NCBI GenBank assembly: GCA_035688885.1
Contig: DASSMN010000074.1
Span: 1 to 29,693, forward strand
Source of the DNA: Gemmatimonadales bacterium
Lineage (GTDB): Bacteria; Gemmatimonadota; Gemmatimonadetes; Gemmatimonadales; GWC2-71-9
DNA: 29,693 bases
Reading direction: 5' to 3'
Positions 17,565 through 28,552 of the stretch are shown here, in pieces (the stretch's first letter is position 1; each line of letters starts with the position of its first letter). Both the position numbers and the translations under genes were made by a program. The notes below the pieces were generated by a model. The model was not told the origin of the DNA and made no database searches. It saw only the letters and a list, made by a program, of their open reading frames with translations.

Positions 17565-20500
17565 GTGCCGCTCTCCGTAGCCAGGCGCCCCAGCCGGGCG
17601 CGGATCTCGCGGACCCCCGGCTGGAGCGCGGGATCGGCGTCCTTCCACAGGTCCACGAAGCGCTGGTATGCCCGCGTGGCCTTGGCGCGATCGCCCTTGG
17701 CCTCGTAGAGCTCGCCGGCGCGCTTGAGGGCCGGAGGAAGCTGCACGGCATCCACGTTGTAGCGATTGTAGTTGGTCACCGCGAAGGCGCGCTCGTAGAG
17801 CGCGAGCGCGCTGTCGGCGCGGCCGGCCTGGTCGGCCAGACGGGCCAGGTCGAACAGACCGCAAACGCCGCACAGGCCCGATCGCTGGTACCAGGCCTGA
17901 TAAATCGTCGCGGCCGCGTCCATGCGGTGGTCGGCCTCGGCCATCATCCCTTCGGCCAGGGGATAGGCGACGTCGCCTTCGCGCAGCGTCGGCGTCACCG
18001 CGTCCTGGTACTCTCGCCACAGCTTCCGCGCCTGGTCCGGCTTCCCCGCCCTCAGATAGGCGATGGCCAGCTGCGAGTAGGGGCGGTCCAGCGCGGGCAA
18101 CCCGTCGAGCGGGTGGCGCGCCAGTGCGGCCGCCACGATCGCCAGCGCGGTATCCGGCTGGGCGCGCAGATCCACTTCCATCCAGGCCAGCTCGGCGGCC
18201 GCGCTGAGGTATTCCCCGGGCGACCCGCGAGCCTCATCGGCCGCCATGGCCTCCCGAAAGTACTGTTCGGCCTCGGCGACCCGACCCGTAAGCCGACTGA
18301 CCCGCGCCAGAGCGGTGCCGGTATTGGCCTGCCACTCGGGGCTGGCGCGGTTGGCGGCCCGCAGCTGCTCGAGCAGGCGCACGCCGGCGGGATAGTCCCC
18401 TTGACTCAGCGCCAGGTTGGCGCGGATCAGCATCAGCGTTGGGCTGCCGGGCGCGACGGCCGCGAAGCGGGCGATCGACGCCGTCGCGGCCTCATAGTGG
18501 CCCTGCGCAATCTGCGCGACCACGGCGTTCATGGTGAACGCGGAGCTCCGGCCCACGCGGCTGGCCCGGATGGCGAGGCTCTCCGCTTCGGCATACTGAC
18601 GCCGGCGCGCCAGCTGGACGGCGAGGTTGTTCAAGGCGACGCTGTTGTCCGGGTCCACCGACAGCGCCGCGCGATACGAGGCCACCACGGCATCGGCGTC
18701 GTAATCCACGAACTGATGATAGTACCCGGAGGCCAGGTCGCTCTCGAGCTCGGGCAGACGATCGCGATGCGCGTACGCCCGGGTCGCGGCGGCGATCTGG
18801 TCGGCCTCGTGGCCGCCCAGGTTCCCATACTGCACGGCGAGCTTGCGGTACGCCATCGCGAACCCGGTGTCGAGCGCCACCGCCTCCTTGAGCGTCGCCA
18901 CCGCGTCCTCCACCTTGTCGGCCTCTTCCAGCCGCAGCGCCTCCGAATACTTGCGCAGCGCGGGGAGCGACCCGGTGGTCACCTGCTGGAGCGGCGGATT
19001 GCTGCGGATGGAGACCAGCGATTCCCCGACCCGCTCGCGCAGCTTCTTGGAGAGACGGTCAATCGCACCGAGCAGCCGCTGGTCGTCCTCGGCGGTCTCG
19101 CGCACCGCGGTGAGCACGTGACCGTCCGCCGCGTTGACCAGGCTCGCGCTCAGCACGTAGCCCTTCCCGACCGGATCGATCTGGCCGCTCACCACGGCCT
19201 TGATCCCTTCCCGCACGGCGAGGTCGCGGGCCAGCGGCATCGAGAGCGCGGCCCCGGTGGACTGCTCCATCCGCCGGAGCGCGTCGGCGATGCTGGCGGC
19301 GTCGAGCACCCGCATGGTGGGCGACTGCGACAGGTCCACCCGGAACGCCTCGGTGAGCGAGGGGCCCAACGTGGAGTCGGCGCTCCGGTTCTCGAAATCG
19401 GCCAGCACCAGCGGCTCGCGGTCCTTGAGCACGCCCGACGCCACCAGGGTGCCCACCGGGCCGATGCCCAGCAGTCGCATGGCGGTGTACACGACGGCCG
19501 CCGCGGCGAGCCCGCCGAACGCCAGTCCTCCACCCAGCAACGCCCGGCGCCAGGTGAGCCAACCATCCAGGCCGCTCGGCGACGCCGCCGCCGACGCGCC
19601 GGTGCGCGCGAGCGCGCGGCGCCGCTCGTGCAGGCCGGTCGCCAGCATGACGGGCAGGCCCACGGCCAGCAGCGCCCCGGCGCCGCCCAGCACCCAATAC
19701 GGCAAGCCAAGTCGCCGGACCAGCAGCAGCACGAGCCCGAGCACCACCATCGACGCGAGCAGAAACCACCCCGCGACGCGGAGCGGGTGGCCGCGGCGGA
19801 TCGCCTGCTCGGTGCCGGTCGAGATCACGGGCGCCGCGGTCACCGGCACGGTGCCCGAGCTGGGCGTGCTGGCGAGCTCGAGCTGAGGGACCAGCTCCGC
19901 GGCGCTCTGCCATCGGTCGGCCGGGCGCTTCTCCAGGCAGCGCATGATGACCGCATTGAGCGCGGGCGGGACGGTGCGGCGGTGCTGCGAGACCGGCTCG
20001 GGCACCTGGGTGATCTGGGCGGCGAGCAACGCCTGCGCGGTCGGCGCGGTGAAGGGAGGCCGGCCCGCGAGCATCTCGTACGCCAGCGCGCCCACGGCGT
20101 AGATGTCCGCCCGGTGATCGACGTGGGGATCGGCGGCGGCCTGCTCGGGGGCCATATAGGCGGGGGTGCCGAGCGCGACGCCGAGCGAGGTGAGCGAGGC
20201 GCCGCCGCTCGAGGCGGTAACGGCCTTGGCCACGCCGAAGTCGGTGACCACGGCGTGCCCCTCCGAAAGCAGGATGTTGTCCGGCTTGATGTCGCGGTGC
20301 ACCACGCCGTTCCGGTGCGCGTAAGCCAGCGCGTCGATCACCTCGCGCAGGATCCGCACCGTCTCGTTCACCGGCAGCTCGCCTTCGCGGGCCAGTTTGA
20401 CCCGGAGCGACTCACCGGTGATGAACGGCATGACATAGTAGAGGAGATCGCCGTGGGCGCCGGCGGTGAGCAGCGGAACGATATGGGGATGCTGCAGGCG

Positions 20501-20701
20501 GGCCGCGAGCTGAATCTCGCGCTCGAACCGTTCCACGTTGACGGACGCGCCCATCTCGGGCGGGAGAAGCTTGAGGACGACTTGGCGGCCGAGGCGCACC
20601 TCCTCGGCGAGGAACACCCGGCTCATGCCGCCGCCGCCCAGCTCCTTCAGGATGCGGTAGTGATCACCGACCGCCGCCTGAAGCCGCTTCTCGAGATCGA
20701 T
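17561..20701 (-). CDS. Membrane-anchored Hanks-type Ser/Thr protein kinase with a C-terminal TPR-like region (about 1046 aa; start uncertain)
   Basis: LGGGGMSRV, VVLK, HRDIKPDN, DFG, GTPAYMAPEQ, DIYAVG; about 3 TM helices; then a LADFEN...RVDLSQSP domain and TPR-like repeats. The frame is open upstream of the track ATG (20626) to a TAG at 20735-20737; the best SD-backed start is ATC at 20701. Confidence 0.92.
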   Translation of the reverse strand: MDLEKRLQAAVGDHYRILKELGGGGMSRVFLAEEVRLGRQVVLKLLPPEMGASVNVERFEREIQLAARLQHPHIVPLLTAGAHGDLLYYVMPFITGESLRVKLAREGELPVNETVRILREVIDALAYAHRNGVVHRDIKPDNILLSEGHAVVTDFGVAKAVTASSGGASLTSLGVALGTPAYMAPEQAAADPHVDHRADIYAVGALAYEMLAGRPPFTAPTAQALLAAQITQVPEPVSQHRRTVPPALNAVIMRCLEKRPADRWQSAAELVPQLELASTPSSGTVPVTAAPVISTGTEQAIRRGHPLRVAGWFLLASMVVLGLVLLLVRRLGLPYWVLGGAGALLAVGLPVMLATGLHERRRALARTGASAAASPSGLDGWLTWRRALLGGGLAFGGLAAAAVVYTAMRLLGIGPVGTLVASGVLKDREPLVLADFENRSADSTLGPSLTEAFRVDLSQSPTMRVLDAASIADALRRMEQSTGAALSMPLARDLAVREGIKAVVSGQIDPVGKGYVLSASLVNAADGHVLTAVRETAEDDQRLLGAIDRLSKKLRERVGESLVSIRSNPPLQQVTTGSLPALRKYSEALRLEEADKVEDAVATLKEAVALDTGFAMAYRKLAVQYGNLGGHEADQIAAATRAYAHRDRLPELESDLASGYYHQFVDYDADAVVASYRAALSVDPDNSVALNNLAVQLARRRQYAEAESLAIRASRVGRSSAFTMNAVVAQIAQGHYEAATASIARFAAVAPGSPTLMLIRANLALSQGDYPAGVRLLEQLRAANRASPEWQANTGTALARVSRLTGRVAEAEQYFREAMAADEARGSPGEYLSAAAELAWMEVDLRAQPDTALAIVAAALARHPLDGLPALDRPYSQLAIAYLRAGKPDQARKLWREYQDAVTPTLREGDVAYPLAEGMMAEADHRMDAAATIYQAWYQRSGLCGVCGLFDLARLADQAGRADSALALYERAFAVTNYNRYNVDAVQLPPALKRAGELYEAKGDRAKATRAYQRFVDLWKDADPALQPGVREIRARLGRLATESGT

Positions 20702-20734
20702 CCGCTGTCTCCTGTGGGGGGGAACGACCGTAAG

Positions 20735-21496
<762 letters not shown>

Positions 21497-21509
21497 GGAT
21501 CGGCGCGCC

Positions 21510-24435
<2,926 letters not shown>

Positions 24436-24452
<17 letters not shown>

Positions 24453-25236
24453 CTACCGCCGCCCGCATGACCTCGACCGGGGCGCGCACGCCGGGGAACC
24501 ATCGCTCCAGCGCCGCCGCCCCCTGGGCGACGAGCATGGTTCGTCCGTCGGCCACGCGCAGCCCGGCGGCCCGCATGGCCCGCACCCAGGGAGTGTCGCC
24601 GCCCGCGTACACCATGTCGAGCGCGACCGTGGCGCCCGCCGGTGGCTGAGCCAGCGGCAGCGGATCGCCCGGGGCAAGGCCGAGCGGCGTGGTGTTGAGG
24701 AGGACCGTGCAGTCGGCTGCAGCGGTAATGCGGACGCCCTGCGCCGCGGCCCACTCCTCGAAGCGGCGCCGCCGGTCGGCCGACCGCGAGCTGACCGCGA
24801 CGGCCGCTCCGCGCTCGCGTGCGGCGCCGACCGCCGCGCGCGCGCCGCCGCCGGTGCCGAGCACCAGCCCGCCGCCGGGCGGCGCCTCGAGGTCGTCGAG
24901 CGCGGCCAGCACCCCGGCCACGTCCGTGTTATCGCCGACCGACGTGCCGTCCTCGCCCCAGAAGGTGTTGCAGGCGTCCAGGCGATTCACCAGCGGCTGC
25001 CGGCGATCCACGGCGCGCGCGGCGGACTCCTTGTGGGGCACGGTGACGTTGCCGCCGCCGCCCGCGCGGCTCAGCGCGCGGACCAGGCCCGGCACATCGT
25101 CGGGCGTGCAGCGGATGGGGACGTAGACCGCCTTGAGGCCGAGGACGCGAAAGGCGGCGTTCTGCATGGCCGGCGAGAGGGAGTGGGCGACGGGATCGCC
25201 CAGGATGGCGAAGACGCGCGTGGAGCCGTCGATCAC
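24436..25236 (-). CDS. aroE: Shikimate dehydrogenase
   Basis: GDPVAHSLSP, NVTVPHK, NT, GDNTD, LGTGGGARA, NTTPLG, DMVY, MLVAQGA. GTG at 25236 overlaps the upstream stop (GTGA). Confidence 0.92.
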
Positions 25237-25697
25237 CGCACCGTGCCGGCGACCTTGCTGACCACAGCGGAGATGAGCTCCTGCAGCTCGGTGAACGTCG
25301 CGCGGTAGCTGGAGAGATCCGAGCCGTACGGATCGCTCACTTCCGGATGGCTCTCGTCTCGCCCGGCGTAGGCGCCGAGGAGGTGCACCTTGTCGTCGCC
25401 GCCGAGCTCGGAAACCCGAGCCAGATGATGGCCCGACATGACGAGGATGAGATCGCTGGCGCGCACCAGCTCGCGGGTGAGCAGCCGGGCGCGGTGGTGG
25501 CTCAGATCCAGCCCGTTCTCCAGGCCCACCAGGTAGGCGCCCTCGGAGACCGGCGCGCCATCCCACGCGCCGGTGCCGGCGGAGCCGACGGTGACCTGAT
25601 CCAGGCCTCGGGCCGTGACCGCTTCACGCAGCAGGGCCTCGGCCATCGGGCTCCGGCAGGTGTTGCCGGTGCAGACGAACAGTACGCGGGTGCTCAT
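25233..25697 (-). CDS. Low-molecular-weight protein phosphatase, YwlE-like (probable protein-arginine phosphatase)
   Basis: P-loop VCTGNTCRSPMAE, SAGT, DLILVM, DPYG; 154 aa from ATG 25697. Confidence 0.9.
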   Translation of the reverse strand: MSTRVLFVCTGNTCRSPMAEALLREAVTARGLDQVTVGSAGTGAWDGAPVSEGAYLVGLENGLDLSHHRARLLTRELVRASDLILVMSGHHLARVSELGGDDKVHLLGAYAGRDESHPEVSDPYGSDLSSYRATFTELQELISAVVSKVAGTVR

Positions 25698-25703
25698 GGG
25701 CGA

Positions 25704-25709
25704 AACATA
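25704..25709 (-). promoter_or_regulatory. Candidate -10 element for a leaderless phosphatase transcript
   Basis: TATGTT sits exactly at -12..-7 relative to ATG 25697, in the 13-nt tsaC-phosphatase gap; no SD. Confidence 0.45.
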
Positions 25710-25710
25710 C

Positions 25711-26361
25711 TCACGGGGCCAGCCGTCCGGCGGCGCGCCGGAGCTCCGCCCGCGGGATGGCGCCTTCGCGAACCATGCGCGGGACCGACTCGGTACAGTC
25801 GACCAGGGTGGAGGGGGGCACATTGCCCAGCACGCCGCCGTCGAGCACCAGCAGCAGCCCCGAATCGACCTCGGCCTGAAACAGCTCGGCCAGCTTGTCG
25901 GCGCCCGGCGCCGGCGGGCCGCCCGGCCGGTTGGCCGACGTCGAGGTCAGCGGCTGGCCGCTCCTGGCCACCAATCGCTCGATACCGCGATGGGATGTGT
26001 GGCGCACCGCGATGCCCCCTTCCCGTCCACGAAGCGCGTCGGGCAGCTTGCCCTCACCGCCCCGCAGCACCAGTGTGAGCGGCCCGGGCCAGAACGCGTC
26101 CGACAGGGCGCGGGCGGACGCGGTGAACACCAGCCCCCAGGCCTCGGCCATCGTCCGTCCGGACACCAGCAGCAGGAACGGCTTTCCGATTTCGCGACCC
26201 TTGAGCCTGGCAAGGGCCGAGAGCGCGGGCACGCTGGCATTCGAGCCCAGCCCGTAGACGGTCTCGGTGGGATAGCCCAGCAGGCCATCCTGGGCCAGGT
26301 GGGCGGCGACCCGGGGAATGGCCGCATCGATCTGCGCGGGCGTCTGGAACGGGAGGATCAC
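25711..26361 (-). CDS. tsaC: Threonylcarbamoyl-AMP synthase, single-domain YrdC/TsaC type
   Basis: PTETVYGL, KGR...KP, WPGPLTLV, TSANRPG, PSTLVD. GTG at 26361 overlaps the ispD stop (GTGA); 216 aa, no Sua5 C-terminal domain. Confidence 0.9.
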   Translation of the reverse strand: MILPFQTPAQIDAAIPRVAAHLAQDGLLGYPTETVYGLGSNASVPALSALARLKGREIGKPFLLLVSGRTMAEAWGLVFTASARALSDAFWPGPLTLVLRGGEGKLPDALRGREGGIAVRHTSHRGIERLVARSGQPLTSTSANRPGGPPAPGADKLAELFQAEVDSGLLLVLDGGVLGNVPPSTLVDCTESVPRMVREGAIPRAELRRAAGRLAP

Positions 26362-27050
26362 GTGTCGTCCCGTGCGATCCGCTCGGCCAGGGCCAGGTCG
26401 TCCGCCGTCGTGATCTTGAGATTGAACGGCGAGTCGGGCACCAGGCGGACGGGCACGCCCAGCCGCTCGACCAGCGCCGCGTCGTCGGTGGCGGCGGCGC
26501 GATCGGGCCCGGCTTCGCGGTGGGCGCGCTCGAGGACGGGACGAGGAAAACCCTGTGGGGTCTGCGCCCGCCAGAGCCCATCGCGCGGGACGGTGCGGCC
26601 TACCCGTGAAGGGTCGCCGGGCGCCGCCTCCTTGACCGTGTCGCTCACGCGGACCGCGGCCACCGCTCCCTCGCCGGCGCGCGCATGAGCGATCACGGCG
26701 TCGATGACCGCTCGCGCGACGAACGGCCGCGCGGCATCGTGCACCAGCACCGTGACGCACGACGGCCCCAGCGCCTCGATACCCGCGGCCACCGACTCGG
26801 CGCGGGTCTCACCGCCAGCCACCAGGGTGAGACCCGATCCCAGGGAGCGGAGAAACTCGGGCGGGGCGGCCGCGGCATCGGCCGGCAGCACCAGGACCAC
26901 CTGCGCGACCTCGGGATGCGAGGCGAACGGCCTCAGCGCCCGGAGCACCATCGGCACGCCCGCGATGGGTCGGAACTGTTTCGGCGTGTTCCCCCCGAGC
27001 CGAAGGCTGCGTCCGGCCGCCACGAGCACGACGCCCACGTCACGCGGCAA
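26358..27050 (-). CDS. ispD: 2-C-methyl-D-erythritol 4-phosphate cytidylyltransferase
   Basis: AAGRSLRLGG..PKQF, VLVHDAARPF, AQTPQGF, TDD, NLKITTADDL. Start is TTG 27050 or GTG 27038. Confidence 0.93.
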   Translation of the reverse strand: MPRDVGVVLVAAGRSLRLGGNTPKQFRPIAGVPMVLRALRPFASHPEVAQVVLVLPADAAAAPPEFLRSLGSGLTLVAGGETRAESVAAGIEALGPSCVTVLVHDAARPFVARAVIDAVIAHARAGEGAVAAVRVSDTVKEAAPGDPSRVGRTVPRDGLWRAQTPQGFPRPVLERAHREAGPDRAAATDDAALVERLGVPVRLVPDSPFNLKITTADDLALAERIARDDT

Positions 27051-28410
27051 GCGCCCGCACCAGCTGCTCGACGTGGTCCAGCCCGACCATCGACACGCCG
27101 GCCACCTGCGCCGCGCTGCGCGATGAGCCGAACACGCGCCGGAACCCCAGCCGCGCCGCCTCGGCGATGCGACGCTCGATCGCGCCGCTGGGGCGGATCT
27201 CGCCGCCCAGCCCGATCTCGCCCAGGAACAGCACGTCGCGCGGCGCGGGACGATTGTACAGGCTCGAGATGAGCGCCGCCGCCACGGCGAGATCCGCGCC
27301 TGGCTCGCTCAGGCGTACGCCGGCGGTGACCTGAACGAACACGTCCAGGTCGGCGAATGAGGTCTGAGCCCGCCGCTCCAGCACCGCCAGAAGGACCGCC
27401 AGCCGCTTCGGATCGAGCCCGGTGGCCACCCGCTGCGGCGTGCCGTAGCCCGACTTGGCCGCCAGCGCCTGCACCTCGACCAGCACCGGCCGGGTGCCTT
27501 CCATGAGCGCGGTGACGGCGCTGCCGCTGATGCCGTCGGCGCGCGCGGCGAGGAACACCGCGGAGGGATTGGGCACCGCGACGAGGCCATGCTCGGTCAT
27601 CGAGAACACGCCCAGCTCGTCCACCGAGCCGAACCGGTTCTTGGTGGTGCGGAGCAGACGGTAGTCGAGGGTGGCCTCGCCCTCGAAGTAGAGCACCGTG
27701 TCCACGATGTGCTCGAGCGTCTTGGGCCCGGCGATGCCGCCGCCCTTGGTGACATGCCCCACCACCACGACCGCCGTCCCGCTCTCCTTGGCGAACCGCA
27801 TGAGCTGGCCGGAGCACTCCCTCACCTGCCCCACGTTGCCGGGCGCGCTCTCGAGCGTATCGGTGTACACCGTCTGGATGGAGTCGATGACTACGATCTC
27901 GGCCCCCACGGCGCCGGCCGCCCCAAGGATGGCATCGAGCCGGGTTTCGCCGAGGACGTGCACCGCGCCGGCGTCTTCGTTTACCAACCGCTCGGCCCGG
28001 AGCCGGATCTGATCGGGGGATTCCTCGCCGCTCGCGTAGAGGACGGTGCGGCCCGCCGTCTCGAGCCGCGCGGCCGCCTGGAGCAGCAAGGTGGACTTGC
28101 CGATGCCCGGCTCGCCGCCGATCAGGATCATCGACCCCGGCACCAGCCCGCCGCCCAGGACGAAGTCGAACTCGGGCAGCCCGGTGCGCCAGCGCTCGAG
28201 CGGACGGGTGGCCACCTCGCGCAGCCGGGCCGGCGCCGGCCCCGCCGCCGCGGCCTGCGCCCGGCGGGCCGAGCCCCGCGCGGGCGCCCGCACCACCACC
28301 GGCTCCTCCGCGACCGCGTTCCAGGCGCCGCAGGCCTCGCAGCGGCCGACCCACTTGGGGTGCTCGTGGCCGCAGTCGGTGCAGCGGTAGACTGATTTGC
28401 TCTTGGGCAT
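27040..28410 (-). CDS. radA: DNA repair protein RadA/Sms
   Basis: N-terminal C4 zinc finger, GEPGIGKST Walker A, DSIQT, KNRFG, Lon-like C-terminal domain (GEIGLGGEIR). Confidence 0.97.
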   Translation of the reverse strand: MPKSKSVYRCTDCGHEHPKWVGRCEACGAWNAVAEEPVVVRAPARGSARRAQAAAAGPAPARLREVATRPLERWRTGLPEFDFVLGGGLVPGSMILIGGEPGIGKSTLLLQAAARLETAGRTVLYASGEESPDQIRLRAERLVNEDAGAVHVLGETRLDAILGAAGAVGAEIVVIDSIQTVYTDTLESAPGNVGQVRECSGQLMRFAKESGTAVVVVGHVTKGGGIAGPKTLEHIVDTVLYFEGEATLDYRLLRTTKNRFGSVDELGVFSMTEHGLVAVPNPSAVFLAARADGISGSAVTALMEGTRPVLVEVQALAAKSGYGTPQRVATGLDPKRLAVLLAVLERRAQTSFADLDVFVQVTAGVRLSEPGADLAVAAALISSLYNRPAPRDVLFLGEIGLGGEIRPSGAIERRIAEAARLGFRRVFGSSRSAAQVAGVSMVGLDHVEQLVRALAA

Positions 28411-28417
28411 CAGAAAT

Positions 28418-28547
28418 GAAGGGCGATAAAGGCGCTGGGGCGATCAGGCGGCAACGGGCAACGGACACGGTAGATAGCCAGCGACACGTTCGGGCGAAAC
28501 GGCCGGGCGGGCGCCCTATCGCCTTTTCGTCCTCTCGTCCTATCGGC
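28418..28547. repeat. Imperfect long-range inverted repeat with short internal tandem repeats in the dnaB-radA gap
   Basis: gaagggcgataaaggcgc (28418-28435) can pair with gcgccctatcgcctttt (28511-28527); gcaacgg x2 (28451-28464); tcgtcct x2 (28527-28533, 28535-28541); four GGCGATA-like copies, two per strand. Confidence 0.55.
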
Positions 28548-28552
28548 GTCAG

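Noticed and set aside
20716-20722. G7/C7 homopolymer upstream of the kinase as a phase-variation switch or hidden frameshift
   Set aside because: It lies upstream of the SD, and no ATG/GTG/TTG exists between the tpiA stop and the tract, so slippage cannot supply a start.
10106-20734. Prophage, IS or integrative element explaining the accessory block
   Set aside because: No integrase, transposase, phage gene, att-like direct repeat or obvious compositional shift by eye.
28411-28552. oriC, 6S RNA or a small + strand ORF (28416..28700) near dnaB
   Set aside because: No DnaA boxes or AT-rich unwinding element; too short and not rod-shaped for 6S; the ORF overlaps dnaB antisense and has no motif.
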